DNA from: an uncultured Actinomycetota bacterium
GTDB lineage: Bacteria; Actinomycetota; Aquicultoria; Subteraquimicrobiales; CAYFXD01
DNA: 41,928 nucleotides
Direction of reading: 5' to 3'
NCBI GenBank assembly: GCA_964347095.1
Contig: CAYFXD010000118.1
Coordinates: 1 to 41,928 of the forward strand
In this document: piece by piece, positions 1 through 9,506 of the stretch
Layout of the letters: the number at the start of each line of letters is the position of its first letter
Position numbering within the stretch: position 1 is the first letter of the stretch
The notes under the pieces: model-generated
Database searches by the model: none
What the model saw: the letters and a program-made list of their open reading frames with translations, nothing else
What the model was told of the DNA's origin: nothing
Position numbers and translations under genes: made by a program

Positions 1-180
1 ACGGTTAGGGCTACGACGCCCGTTTCGTAGTTCGGCTAGGTCCAACGGTCTTAGAAGTTTTAAACCGCAACCGTTGCCCCTAGACGGTACGGGCCTCTTA
101 ACCCTAACCTCCAACCATCTCCCATCTTTCGCACGGTCAACTGTAAACGGTGAACGAAATTCAGACTCTGCAATAGATCG
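1..180 (-). repeat. Family A intergenic repeat, copy A1 (CGGTT/AACCG-rich; truncated by the window edge)
   Basis: Several segments parallel copy A4 in the same orientation. AACCGCAACCGTTGCCCC parallels GAACCTCCAACCGTTTCC. GGGCCTCTTAACCCTAACC parallels TAGGCTTACTAACTCTAACC. CAGACTCTGCAATAGATCG parallels CCTGGATTGCAATGACCATC. Confidence 0.55.
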
Positions 181-210
181 AAAGCATGCAAGGAAAAGTA
201 GGAGGTTTCT

Positions 211-1362
211 ATGAGAAAAGAGTACCTAATGACGCCGGGGCCCACCCCTGTTCCGCCAGAGGTGCTGGTCTCTCAGGCAAGACCGATGTTTCATCACAGG
301 ACGCCAAAATATTCTGAAATGTTGGCGTCGGTCGAGGAAGATCTTCAGTATGTTTTTCAGACCAAAAATGATGTGCTCATATTTGCTGCATCCGGTACTG
401 GCGCCATGGAGTCTGCGGTTTCCAATCTTTTTTCAGCTGGAGACAAGGTTATCACGGCAAGCAATGGAAAATTCGGTGATAGGCTGGTACAGCTCTCGGA
501 TGCGTACGGCCTCAATCCCATCAAGCTGGAGTACAAATGGGATCAGGTAGTGAATCCGGCCGACATTGAGAAGCACCTCAAGGAAGACACGAACCATCAG
601 ATCAAGGGAGTGCTTGTTGTCCAAAGTGAGACTTCAACTGGAATTTTGAATGATATAAAGGCCATGGGCAATATAATCAAGGATTATCCTGCTATTTTTG
701 TCGTTGACTCCATAACAGGACTGGGTGCTGTTGAAGTCAAGACCGATGAATGGCACCTGGACGTAGTCATGACCGGCAGCCAGAAGGGCCTTATGTTGCC
801 ACCAGGTCTTAGCTGCGTGAGTGTAAGTGAAAAGGCGTGGAAAGCGGTGGAACGGTCGACGTTGCCCAAATTCTATTTCAGCTATGAAAAAAGCAGCAAA
901 GCACTGCACAAATCTCCACCCACCAATCCCTTTACCCCGCCGGTCTCATTGATCGCGGGGTTGCGTGAATCTTTAAAGATGATGAGAGAAGAAGGACTTG
1001 AAAACCTGATAAAAAGGCATGCCCTCCTGGCGGAAGCAGTGCGCCAGGGTATGCAGGCTGTGGGCCTGGAGCTTTTTGCGCCGCCAGAGGGACGAGGAAA
1101 CGCGGTTACCCCGGTACGTGTTCCTGAGGGCATTGACGGTACCCAGATTGTCAAAATCATGAGGGACAAATATGGAATAACAATTGCTGGCGGTCAAGAA
1201 CATCTGAAAGGCAAAATATTCCGTGTGGGCCACCTCGGATATTTTGATCGCTTTGACATAATCGTGACCTTGGCCGGCATGGAGATGGCCCTATACGAAC
1301 TGGGTTATCCAATCGAGTTGGGCAAAGCGGTAGGGACAGCAGAGAGGGTTTTTATGGAGTAG
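211..1362 (+). CDS. Class V (AGXT / serine-glyoxylate type) PLP-dependent aminotransferase. Its position next to serA suggests it is the phosphoserine aminotransferase.
   Basis: 383-aa ORF. The N-terminus LMTPGPTPVPPEVL and the SQKGLM lysine region are typical of class V aminotransferases. AGGAGG lies 5 nt upstream of ATG 211. serA follows on the same strand. Confidence 0.85.
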   Translation: MRKEYLMTPGPTPVPPEVLVSQARPMFHHRTPKYSEMLASVEEDLQYVFQTKNDVLIFAASGTGAMESAVSNLFSAGDKVITASNGKFGDRLVQLSDAYGLNPIKLEYKWDQVVNPADIEKHLKEDTNHQIKGVLVVQSETSTGILNDIKAMGNIIKDYPAIFVVDSITGLGAVEVKTDEWHLDVVMTGSQKGLMLPPGLSCVSVSEKAWKAVERSTLPKFYFSYEKSSKALHKSPPTNPFTPPVSLIAGLRESLKMMREEGLENLIKRHALLAEAVRQGMQAVGLELFAPPEGRGNAVTPVRVPEGIDGTQIVKIMRDKYGITIAGGQEHLKGKIFRVGHLGYFDRFDIIVTLAGMEMALYELGYPIELGKAVGTAERVFME

Positions 1363-1507
1363 GAGGCCCGAATGTCTAAATGACTAATGACGAATGTCTG
1401 AGGAATGCCAAATGACCAAATGACTAATGTGCAAACAACGTTTTCTTGGTGATTCATCACCATTAATCACTCCTTCATCATTAGTGCTTCGTCGGTTCCA
1501 CAAAGGA
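1363..1507. repeat. Family C palindromic spacer repeat, copy C1 (AATGAC tandem motifs)
   Basis: It starts GGCCCGAATGTCTAAATGACTAATGACGAATG...AAATGACCAAATGACTAATG. A central loop follows, then the complementary-type arm TTGGTGATTCATCACCATTAATCAC...CATCATTAG, ending in GGTTCCACAAAGG. The start and end motifs recur in C2. Confidence 0.6.
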
Positions 1508-1539
1508 TAACAGTCGTTCTCCCTGTGCATAAAACGCGG

Positions 1540-1568
1540 TTGAAGGTAATTTACCTTGATGGTAGAAT
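1540..1568 (+). promoter_or_regulatory. Candidate sigma-70-type promoter upstream of serA
   Basis: TTGAAG (1540-1545), a 17-nt spacer ending in TGG (extended -10 TG), then TAGAAT (1563-1568). It would give a roughly 170-nt leader. Confidence 0.45.
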
Positions 1569-1736
1569 CTTTCTTACCTTCGACCTTTGCTTTTCAAGCA
1601 GATAGCCAAATAGGATTTTCGATCGGTTGCAACTCTTTTTACCAACAAACTCAAAATGTTCAAAACAAGCGCTTTTTATGACGCGGCGTTGTCTGTAGAT
1701 ACCCGGGTATGGTAGAGCATACCCGAAGAACAGTGT

Positions 1737-3338
1737 ATGAGAAAATGCAAGGAGGCGGTTAAGATTAAGGTTTTGGTAGCGGATGCCATCGCTGATCTGG
1801 GTGTAGAGCAGCTTCAATCGGCGGGACTGGAGGTTGTCGTGAAGACCAAGCAAAGTCCTGAAGAACTGGTCAAGGAAATCAAAGACTATGACGCAATCAT
1901 TGTGCGTAGTGCTGCCAAGGTGACCAAGGACGTAATCGAGGCCGGTGAAAAACTTAAAATAATCGGCCGGGCTGGTATCGGGCTCGACAACGTGGATATG
2001 AAAGCGGCCACAGCAAGGGGAATAATGGTGGCCAATGCGCCGGAAGGAAATATTATTTCCGCAGCTGAACATACAATTGCGCTGCTTATGTCACAGGCCC
2101 GAAGGATTCCACAGGCAAATGTCTGTCTCAAGAACGGGGATTGGAATAGAAAGCTCAAAGGTGTGGAGCTGTATGACAAGGTTCTCGGAGTCATAGGATT
2201 GGGCCGTGTTGGAGCACTGGTGGCTGCAAGAGGCAAGGGTTTTGAAATGCAAGTGATCGCTTTTGATCCTTATGTTTCCGGGGAACGATTTCAGGAACTG
2301 GGGATAAGAATGGTGGAAAGTCTTGATGAACTGCTAAAACAAGCAGATTTTATAACTATCCATCTGCCGCTTACTGATACCACAAAGGGTTTGATCGGCA
2401 AGAAAGAAATAGATTTGATGAAAGACGGTGTTCGGATTATCAATACCGCGCGAGGTGGAATAATTGATGAGGATGCTCTGGCACAGGCTATTGAGGATGG
2501 CAAAGTCGCCGGCGCTGCTCTTGATGTGTTTTCCAGAGAACCGTGTACGTCCAGCAGACTGTTTGGCTTTGAGCAAGTTGTAGTGACGCCCCATCTGGGT
2601 GCTGCAACAGTTGAAGCCCAGGACCGCGCTGGCGTGATCATTGCCCAACAGGTAATTGCGGCGTTGCGCGGGGACTTTGTAAGTAATGCGGTGAATATTG
2701 CCGCAGCAAGCGTGGAGGAGGCGGTCAAACCGTATCTGCCGCTTGCTGAGAAACTGGGCAGGCTTTTGACCCATATTTCCAGTACTCCTATGAGTACGAT
2801 TGAGATCGAGTACGCTGGCAAAATCGCCAACTATGACATTTCGATTCTGACTGTCGCAGCGCTCAAGGGTCTTTTCGCTAATATTGTTCATGAGCCAGTC
2901 ACATTTGTTAACGCGCCCCTCTTGGCAAAAGAAAGAGGGCTCGATGTCAAAGAGGTAAAAACAAAAACGACAAAGGACTATATCAGCACTATCACATTGG
3001 TTGGCAAGGATACAGGTCAAGGGATCTCAGCCGGTGGTACCTTGGTCGGAAAGAACAATCAGGAGCGGTTCATCAATATCTATGATTTTGACATCGATAT
3101 GGTTCCTTCAGAGTACATGGCCTTTTTCCAGTATGTGGACAAGCCTGGCATGATCGGTAAGGTGGGGACTATACTGGGAGCAAACGGCATCAACATAGCC
3201 AACATGCAGGTAGGCAGAAAGGTTGTCGGTGGGGATGCTTTGATGGGTATAAATGTGGATATGCCGATTTCAGATGAGATAATGGAAAACATCAAGGAGC
3301 AAGCAGGGATTGAAAAGGGAACGTTTATCGTTTTGTAG
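1737..3338 (+). CDS. serA: D-3-phosphoglycerate dehydrogenase, long form with a C-terminal ASB/ACT regulatory region
   Basis: 533 aa. It has the NAD fold GVIGLGRVG, the conserved INTARGG and VVVTPHLGA motifs, and a long C-terminal extension ending in an ACT-like domain. The start is uncertain: AAGGAGG at 1749-1755 lies inside the ORF, so ATT 1764 or TTG 1773 may be the real start (protein would begin KVLVAD). Confidence 0.9.
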   Translation: MRKCKEAVKIKVLVADAIADLGVEQLQSAGLEVVVKTKQSPEELVKEIKDYDAIIVRSAAKVTKDVIEAGEKLKIIGRAGIGLDNVDMKAATARGIMVANAPEGNIISAAEHTIALLMSQARRIPQANVCLKNGDWNRKLKGVELYDKVLGVIGLGRVGALVAARGKGFEMQVIAFDPYVSGERFQELGIRMVESLDELLKQADFITIHLPLTDTTKGLIGKKEIDLMKDGVRIINTARGGIIDEDALAQAIEDGKVAGAALDVFSREPCTSSRLFGFEQVVVTPHLGAATVEAQDRAGVIIAQQVIAALRGDFVSNAVNIAAASVEEAVKPYLPLAEKLGRLLTHISSTPMSTIEIEYAGKIANYDISILTVAALKGLFANIVHEPVTFVNAPLLAKERGLDVKEVKTKTTKDYISTITLVGKDTGQGISAGGTLVGKNNQERFINIYDFDIDMVPSEYMAFFQYVDKPGMIGKVGTILGANGINIANMQVGRKVVGGDALMGINVDMPISDEIMENIKEQAGIEKGTFIVL

Positions 3339-3340
3339 GA

Positions 3341-3452
3341 ACGATTCTAGATACTTGATCCTTGATACTCGATCAAGAGCTTGATGCAAGATTAATCCAG
3401 CACAGTCGTTCTAAGATCTGGTATCCGGTATTGAGAATCTAGTATCCAGTTT
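3341..3452. repeat. Family B palindromic spacer repeat, copy B1 (serA-leuA spacer)
   Basis: The left arm TAGATACTTGATCCTTGATACTCGATCAAGAGC and right arm CTGGTATCCGGTATTGAGAATCTAGTATCCAG are roughly complementary. It shares TATCCGGT and TCTAGTATC blocks with B2, and ATCAAG..CTTGA.TCGAGTATC with B3 (in reverse complement). Confidence 0.55.
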
Positions 3453-3465
3453 TGAGGTGAAGTAA

Positions 3466-4974
3466 ATGGAAAAAACAAAGGTCTTTATTTTTGACACGAC
3501 ATTAAGGGACGGAGAGCAGTCACCGGGCATAAGCCTCAGTGTGCGTGAAAAACTGGAGATTGCTGAACAGCTGGCAAGATTGGGTGTGGACATCATTGAA
3601 GCAGGTTTCCCGGTTACGTCACCAGGAGATTTCCAAGCGGTTAAGGTCCTGGCAAAGAGAATCGAAGGTCCAGCTATCGCTGCGCTGTCAAGAGCGGTGC
3701 CGCATGATGTGGATGTAGCCTGGGATGCGATAAAGAATGCTAAAAAGCCACGGATCCACACGTTCATAATGGCTTCGGATGTGCAAATCCGCAGTCAACT
3801 TAAGAAAACACCGGAAGAAGCACTGGAGATGGCAGTCGCGGCCGTCAAAAGAGCCAAGAAATACGTGGAGGATGTTGAGTTCTCTCCCATGGATGCCACG
3901 CGGGCTGATTTTGAATATTTATGCAAAATGGTGGCGGCAACAATAAAGGCTGGAGCCACAACCATAAACATTCCGGATACAGTTGGCTATTCACTGCCAG
4001 ATGAGTTCGGAAAGCTGATCTACAGCTTGAGGGAGCGAGTACCTGCCTTAAATGACGTAGTTATAAGCGTGCATTGTCACAATGACCTTGGTATGGCGAC
4101 GGCCAACGCACTCGAAGCTGTGCTCAATGGAGCAAGTCAGGTTGAGTGTACCATTAACGGCATTGGTGAGCGGGCCGGCAATACCTCGATGGAAGAAATT
4201 GTGATGATCCTGGATACTCGCAAGACAACCATTAACAAGACGACCAATATCAAGACTGAGGAGATTTGGAGAACATCAAAGCTGGTGAGCTCTCTTACCG
4301 GCTATCACGTCCAATTTAACAAGGCGATCGTCGGAGCTAACGCTTTTGCACATTCCTCAGGCATTCATCAAGATGGTGTACTTAAGGAACGAACGACCTT
4401 CGAGATTATTGATCCCCGAAAGATCGGATTGAGCGAGAGCAAACTGGTGTTAGGGAAAACATCAGGGCGGCATGCGTTCCGAACCCACCTGGAGGAACTT
4501 GGATACACCTTCAGCGACAGAGAGCTGGAAAGTGCATTCGACCGATTTAAAGAGCTGGCCGACAAGAAAGCACAGATAACCGATGATGACATTGAAGCGA
4601 TAATGGCTGATGAGGTGAGGACGGCTGCTGAGATCTTTGCACTGACCCAGCTGGAGACCCGCAGCGGAACAGAGATAACTCCTACGGCCACAATCCAACT
4701 TAAGAAGAATAGCGAGATCATTGAAAAGACAGCGAGCGGGGACGGTCAGGTCGACGCGGCGTGCAAGGCAATCAGCTTGGCAACCGGCATCGAAACACGA
4801 CTTATATCGTACAATGTCAGCGCCATCACAGAAGGACTAGATGCTCAAGGCGATGTGACTATACAACTTGAAATTGAGGGGAAAAATGTTCTGGGCCGCG
4901 GAGTGGATACGGACATCATCCAGGCCAGCGCCAAGGCCTATCTGAATGCAATCAATAAGTATTTGGCAGAATAG
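3466..4974 (+). CDS. leuA: 2-isopropylmalate synthase
   Basis: 502 aa. It has FDTTLRDGEQSPG at the N-terminus, HCHNDLGMATAN, and a C-terminal LeuA regulatory domain. GAGGTGA lies upstream of the ATG. Confidence 0.9.
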   Translation: MEKTKVFIFDTTLRDGEQSPGISLSVREKLEIAEQLARLGVDIIEAGFPVTSPGDFQAVKVLAKRIEGPAIAALSRAVPHDVDVAWDAIKNAKKPRIHTFIMASDVQIRSQLKKTPEEALEMAVAAVKRAKKYVEDVEFSPMDATRADFEYLCKMVAATIKAGATTINIPDTVGYSLPDEFGKLIYSLRERVPALNDVVISVHCHNDLGMATANALEAVLNGASQVECTINGIGERAGNTSMEEIVMILDTRKTTINKTTNIKTEEIWRTSKLVSSLTGYHVQFNKAIVGANAFAHSSGIHQDGVLKERTTFEIIDPRKIGLSESKLVLGKTSGRHAFRTHLEELGYTFSDRELESAFDRFKELADKKAQITDDDIEAIMADEVRTAAEIFALTQLETRSGTEITPTATIQLKKNSEIIEKTASGDGQVDAACKAISLATGIETRLISYNVSAITEGLDAQGDVTIQLEIEGKNVLGRGVDTDIIQASAKAYLNAINKYLAE

Positions 4975-5071
4975 AAAATCGCGGAAGTGAGAGCTCGCGC
5001 TTGGCACAGGAGGTTTTCACTGCTCACTATCGGCTAACAAACCAACAGACTCGAGTAGAAAGCGAGTCGGC

Positions 5072-6331
5072 ATGGCCTTGACTATTACTGAAAAGATACT
5101 GGCGGCGCATTCGGATAAGGACATGGTGCGTCCTGGTGAATTGATCAATGTGCATCTTGATCTAGTCTTGGGCAATGACATAACTGCGCCGGTTGCGATT
5201 CGCGAGTTTGAGAAAATCGGCGCCGAATCAGTATTTGACAGGTCAAAAGTGGTTCTAGTACCTGACCATTTCACACCCAACAAGGATATTGAGTCTGCTG
5301 AACAGACCAAGATGCTACGTGATTTTGCGCGTGAGCAGCATCTGGAGAACTACTTTGAGATTGGCAGGATGGGCGTTGAGCATGCACTCCTTCCCGAACA
5401 AGGTCTCGTGCTTCCAGGGGATGCAGTCGTCGGAGCGGACTCTCACACCTGTACTTACGGGGCACTCGGAGCTTTTGCCACCGGGGTCGGGTCCACCGAC
5501 ATGGCAGCGGCCATGGCCACTGGGGAAGCCTGGTTCAAGGTGCCAGAGAGCATTAAGTTTGTATACAATGGCCAACTAGGAGGCTGGATAACGGGCAAGG
5601 ACTTGATCTTATACACAATCGGCAAAATAGGAGTCGATGGGGCGCTCTATAAGGCAATGGAATTTGCCGGAGATGCCATAGGATCGCTTTCCATGGACTC
5701 GCGTTTCTCCATGGCCAACATGGCTGTTGAAGCGGGGGCAAAGAGCGGGATCATTGAGCCAGATCAGATCACCCTTGAATATGCCGAGTCCAGGGCAAAA
5801 AGAGATTTCAAAGTGTACAGAAGCGATGCTGATGCGGAATATTGCGACATCATTCAATTCGACTGTTCTGACATAGAGCCGCAGGTTGCCTTTCCACATC
5901 TTCCCTCCAACACGAGGGGGATAAGTGAAGTTGGTGATGTGAGAATCGACCAAGTGGTCATCGGTTCCTGTACCAACGGGAGACTGGAGGATTTGGAGAT
6001 CACGGCAAAGATACTGAAGGGAAGAAAAGTAGCTGACAATATTCGGCTGATAGTGATCCCTGCGACTCAGCTGATCTATCGGCAGGCTCTTGAGGCGGGC
6101 TTATTCGAGATCTTTCTGGACGCAGGAGCCGCCATAAGCACCCCGACTTGCGGGCCGTGTTTGGGTGGTCACATGGGTATCTTGGCCGCCGGCGAAAGAG
6201 CTGTTGCAACCACCAACCGTAATTTTGTGGGAAGAATGGGTCATCCCGAAAGCGAAGTCTATTTAGCAGGCCCGGCAGTAGCCGCGGCCTCGGCAATCAT
6301 GGGAAGGATCGCAGGTCCGGAAGGACTGTGA
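5072..6331 (+). CDS. leuC: 3-isopropylmalate dehydratase large subunit (aconitase family, short type)
   Basis: 419 aa. It carries the aconitase-family Fe-S cysteine motifs GADSHTCT and GSCTNGR...CGPCLG. Confidence 0.9.
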   Translation: MALTITEKILAAHSDKDMVRPGELINVHLDLVLGNDITAPVAIREFEKIGAESVFDRSKVVLVPDHFTPNKDIESAEQTKMLRDFAREQHLENYFEIGRMGVEHALLPEQGLVLPGDAVVGADSHTCTYGALGAFATGVGSTDMAAAMATGEAWFKVPESIKFVYNGQLGGWITGKDLILYTIGKIGVDGALYKAMEFAGDAIGSLSMDSRFSMANMAVEAGAKSGIIEPDQITLEYAESRAKRDFKVYRSDADAEYCDIIQFDCSDIEPQVAFPHLPSNTRGISEVGDVRIDQVVIGSCTNGRLEDLEITAKILKGRKVADNIRLIVIPATQLIYRQALEAGLFEIFLDAGAAISTPTCGPCLGGHMGILAAGERAVATTNRNFVGRMGHPESEVYLAGPAVAAASAIMGRIAGPEGL

Positions 6332-6337
6332 GTAGGG

Positions 6338-6535
6338 AGTCTGTTAGTGGGTAGTCCGTGTTTCCAGGCCAACCGAGGATTGAAAAGCACGTTCTTATCA
6401 TACTGAACAAAGTGAAGAATCTGCCACTCGAGGTGTGCGTGAAGTCCCAGATGCTTCGGCTCCGCCTCAGAATGATCAGTGCTCAGTCGGCCTCCTTGGG
6501 TTTCGCTTCCGGCTACTCACTACGCACAATCAACG
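6338..6535. repeat. Long degenerate palindrome filling the leuC-leuD spacer
   Basis: The outer arms GTTAGTGGGTAGTCCGTG (left) and CCGGCTACTCACTACGCAC (right) are complementary in type. The inner arms CTGAACAAAGTGAAGAATCTG and CTCAGAATGATCAGTGCTCAG are similar. I found no second copy in the window. Confidence 0.35.
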
Positions 6536-6550
6536 TGTTTGGAGGTTTTG

Positions 6551-7045
6551 TTGATTCTTCAAGGCAAGGCACATAAATACGGGCGGGATGTGGATACCGA
6601 TGTTATCATTCCAGCCAGGTATCTAAGCACTTCTGATCCCGATGAGTTAGCTGGACATTGCATGGAAGACATCGATCCTTCCTTTAATCAGAAGGTCAAG
6701 CGGGGAGACATAATTGTGGCTGAAGAGAACTTTGGTTGTGGATCCTCGCGTGAGCATGCGCCCATTGCGGTCAAAGCGGCTGGGATCTCATGCGTCATCG
6801 CCAAATCATTTGCCCGCATCTTCTATCGAAATGCAATCAATATCGGATTGCCCATTCTGGAATCGAATGACGCGGTGGACGGAATCAGTTCAGGTGATGA
6901 GATCAAGGTAGATACCGAAACCGGCGAGATTACAAATGTGTCCACTGGCAAGACCTATAGATCAGCTCCGTTTCCTCGATTCATCGAAGAAATAATCGAA
7001 AAAGATGGACTGATCAATTATGTGAAACATAAGATCAAGCAGTAA
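6551..7045 (+). CDS. leuD: 3-isopropylmalate dehydratase small subunit
   Basis: The conserved part begins [24 protein letters not shown] and contains [15 protein letters not shown] at 6541-6545 sits 5 nt before TTG 6551. The longer track ORF from 6479 runs through a repeat-filled spacer and is unlikely to be the real start. Confidence 0.85.
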   Translation: MILQGKAHKYGRDVDTDVIIPARYLSTSDPDELAGHCMEDIDPSFNQKVKRGDIIVAEENFGCGSSREHAPIAVKAAGISCVIAKSFARIFYRNAINIGLPILESNDAVDGISSGDEIKVDTETGEITNVSTGKTYRSAPFPRFIEEIIEKDGLINYVKHKIKQ

Positions 7046-7054
7046 GCATCAATG

Positions 7055-7235
7055 TCTTGGTAACGGCAATAGTTGGGAAGCTCTTGCGATCGAAGACGGT
7101 TTGCGGTTAGCGGTTGTCGGTGGCGAAGGATCAAAACTGGCAGCTATCGGCCATCGGTTTGCAGTGAACGGTCAACCATGAACCGCTCTTCGGCGCCAAT
7201 CGCAGGCCGAAAACCGAATACCGATTGAGAACGGG
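7055..7235 (+). repeat. Family A intergenic repeat, copy A2 (between leuD and leuB)
   Basis: GACGGTTTGCGGTTAGCGGTTGTCGGTGGCG...GATCAAAACTGGCAGCTATCGGCCATCGGTTTGCAGTGAACGGTCAACCATGAACCGCTCTTCGGCGCC...CCGAAAACCGAATACCGA aligns along its length with A3 and with the reverse complement of A4 (roughly two thirds identity by eye). The outer arms are mutually complementary. Confidence 0.7.
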
Positions 7236-7297
7236 CATCGCAAGCCGTAGCTTTACCGGCTGTCATTTTCAAATGTTAAAAGTGAGAGAGGAACTGT

Positions 7298-8368
7298 ATG
7301 GCGGATCAAAGACAATACAAGATCGCAGTCATTCCGGGAGACGGGACCGGGCCCGAGGTAGTTAGGGAAGGGCTGAAAGCACTTGAAGCTGCAGCCGACG
7401 CGACGGGTTTCAGCTTTGAACTTGAACAGTATGATTTTGGTGGAGATAGATATCTTGCCACGGGTGAGGTGCTGCCAGAGTCTGCCATTGACGAGCTGCG
7501 GCAATTTGATGCCATTTTCCTGGGAGCCATAGGTCATCCTGAGGTGAAGCCCGGAATCTTGGAGAAAGGGATTCTACTTAAGCTCCGATTTGCCCTTGAT
7601 CAATATATCAATCTGCGACCGGTCAAGCTCTATCCGGGAGTAGCCACACCCATAAAAGACAAAGGGCCGGAAGACATTGATTTTGTCGTCGTCAGGGAGA
7701 ACACGGAAGGATTGTATGCAGGAGCAGGAGGTTTTTTGAAGAAAGGTACTCCTGATGAAGTCGCACTGCAGGAGAGCATAAACACCCGAAAAGGAGTCGA
7801 GCGCTGCATCCGATATGCCTTTGAGTATTGCAGAAGGCGCAACAGAGATAATAAGCTTACGCTCTGCGGTAAGACCAATGTGCTGACCTATGCTCATGAT
7901 CTTTGGCAGCGTGTTTTTGATGAAGTGGCACAGGAGTATCCCGACATCAAGACTGATTATGCCCATGTAGACGCAATTTGTATGTGGTTTGTAAAGAACC
8001 CGGAATGGTTCGACGTGATCGTCACAGATAATATGTTCGGGGACATAATTACAGACTTGGGTGCGATGATCCAGGGCGGTATGGGGATTGCGGCAGGAGG
8101 CAATATCCATCCGGAAGGGCCATCCATGTTTGAGCCGATTGGAGGGTCTGCTCCCAAATACGCCGGACAGAACATCATAAATCCTCTGGCCGCTGTCTCC
8201 GCAGTGCAGATGATGCTGGACTTCTTGCGTGAATCATCTGCAGCTGAAATGATTGAACAAGCAGTCATCAAGATCACGGGCACCAAGCTTAAGAGCCTAT
8301 CGGCCGGAAAAATGGGATATAGCACCTCTGAAGTAGGCGACATGGTGGTCGAGTATGTGAATGGGTAG
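7298..8368 (+). CDS. leuB: 3-isopropylmalate dehydrogenase
   Basis: 356 aa. It has IAVIPGDGTGPEV and NMFGDIITD motifs of the isocitrate/isopropylmalate dehydrogenase family. A GAGAGAGGAA ribosome-binding site precedes the start. Confidence 0.9.
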   Translation: MADQRQYKIAVIPGDGTGPEVVREGLKALEAAADATGFSFELEQYDFGGDRYLATGEVLPESAIDELRQFDAIFLGAIGHPEVKPGILEKGILLKLRFALDQYINLRPVKLYPGVATPIKDKGPEDIDFVVVRENTEGLYAGAGGFLKKGTPDEVALQESINTRKGVERCIRYAFEYCRRRNRDNKLTLCGKTNVLTYAHDLWQRVFDEVAQEYPDIKTDYAHVDAICMWFVKNPEWFDVIVTDNMFGDIITDLGAMIQGGMGIAAGGNIHPEGPSMFEPIGGSAPKYAGQNIINPLAAVSAVQMMLDFLRESSAAEMIEQAVIKITGTKLKSLSAGKMGYSTSEVGDMVVEYVNG

Positions 8369-8380
8369 GGGAAAGAAATC

Positions 8381-8449
8381 CGATAAGCGACGAGCGACAA
8401 GCGGAAAACGTTAGAATTGCCAATTGCTCATCGAAAGTCGCTGGCCGTC
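8381..8449. repeat. Short degenerate palindrome (AGCGAC tandem motif) in the leuB-ilvE spacer
   Basis: CGATAAGCGACGAGCGACAAGCGG, then a loop, then CTCATCGAAAGTCGCTGGCCG. The architecture matches families C and F. Confidence 0.35.
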
Positions 8450-8471
8450 TTTTCATAATAGGAGGAATCAT

Positions 8472-9386
8472 ATGCCACTGGAAAAGGTTGATAAGATCTG
8501 GATGAACGGGCAACTGGTCAACTGGGATGACGCCAATGTCCATGTTTTGACCCATGCTCTTCACTATGGTTCGGGCGTCTTCGAGGGCATCCGGGCTTAT
8601 GAAACCGAAGACGGCGCAGCTGTATTCCGCTTGACTGATCACATGAAGCGGCTGTTCAAATCGGCCAAGATACATCTGATGGAGCTACCCTACGGGCTCG
8701 AGGAACTCGTTGCTGCAACCAAGGAGACCATTAGGGCCAACAACCTGCGATCCTGTTATATTCGGCCCATTGCCTATCGCGGATATGGTGAGATGGGCTT
8801 GAACCCTCTGAATGTTCCCGTTGATGTATCAATCGCGGTTTGGTCCTGGGGAGCATATTTGGGTGAAGAGGGCCTTGAGAATGGAATAACAGCAATGATC
8901 TCATCTTTCCAGCGGATTGATCCAAATGCGCTGCCTCCTGCTGCTAAGGCTACAGGTCAGTATATCAACTCTATCCTTGCAAAGCTGGAGGCCATATATG
9001 GTGGTTTTGAAGAAGCCATTTTGCTGGATTCTCGGGGTTTTGTTTCGGAAGGATCAGGAGAGAACCTATTTGTTGTCAAGGAGGGCATCATCCATACACC
9101 CTCCACAGCCGCCAGTGTTCTCGAAGGCATAACGCGCGCGACGGTGATCGACATTGCCAGAGATATGGGCTTGCAGGTTATAGAGCGTGATCTGGTCAGA
9201 AGCGATCTGTTCCTGGCAGATGAAATATTCTGCACTGGCACTGCGGCCGAGATCACACCGATCAGAGAGATCGACAAACGGCCTATCGGCAAGCCAGGCC
9301 CGATCACCAAGAAACTGCAGGAGAAGTTCTTCCGGATCGTTAAGGGCGAAGAAGAGAAGTATCGGAATTGGCTGGAGTTTGTCTAA
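8472..9386 (+). CDS. ilvE: Branched-chain amino acid aminotransferase (fold type IV)
   Basis: TAGGAGGAATCAT precedes ATG 8472. The protein begins MPLEKVDKIWMNGQLV and has HALHYGSGVFEGIRAY and GITR motifs. The upstream extension of the track ORF (from 8424) is unlikely to be translated. Confidence 0.9.
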   Translation: MPLEKVDKIWMNGQLVNWDDANVHVLTHALHYGSGVFEGIRAYETEDGAAVFRLTDHMKRLFKSAKIHLMELPYGLEELVAATKETIRANNLRSCYIRPIAYRGYGEMGLNPLNVPVDVSIAVWSWGAYLGEEGLENGITAMISSFQRIDPNALPPAAKATGQYINSILAKLEAIYGGFEEAILLDSRGFVSEGSGENLFVVKEGIIHTPSTAASVLEGITRATVIDIARDMGLQVIERDLVRSDLFLADEIFCTGTAAEITPIREIDKRPIGKPGPITKKLQEKFFRIVKGEEEKYRNWLEFV

Positions 9387-9387
9387 C

Positions 9388-9506
9388 GGGAAAGCCGAAA
9401 ATGAGAAATGTGAACGACAATGCACAATGAAAGACTTCTTGCGGCAGAATCTTTTTGTTTTTTCAATGTCTTTTGTCACTTTTTGTTTCAATTTTTCACT
9501 TAGCCT
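9388..9506. repeat. Degenerate palindrome (GAAAATGAGAAATG type) in the ilvE-cimA spacer
   Basis: The left arm is GCCGAAAATGAGAAATGTGAACGACAATGCACAATGAAAGAC. The right arm is GTCTTTTGTCACTTTTTGTTTCAATTTTTCACTTAGCC. The motif is related to family F (AAATGAGGGAAAATG). Confidence 0.45.

Noticed and set aside
1375-1435. Short tandem repeats (AATGAC units and similar) considered as a possible CRISPR array or minisatellite.
   Set aside because: The period is only 7-8 nt, with no unique spacers. Units are degenerate and are mirrored by a complementary arm. No cas genes are present. This is not a CRISPR array.
2334-3020. Long antisense ORFs in the six-frame track. Examples are 2334-3020 (-), 2291-2830 (-), 7574-8110 (-), 9066-9647 (-), 35509-36030 (-) and 39773-40345 (-).
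   Set aside because: They lie entirely opposite strongly recognisable conserved genes (serA, leuB, ilvE/cimA, yacL, cysS). They have no recognisable motifs or ribosome-binding sites. These are shadow ORFs.
6358-6576. A 72-aa ORF in the leuC-leuD spacer, and the long leuD ORF extension from 6479.
   Set aside because: Both run through the palindromic spacer. The conserved LeuD sequence begins only at 6551, directly after a GGAGG ribosome-binding site.
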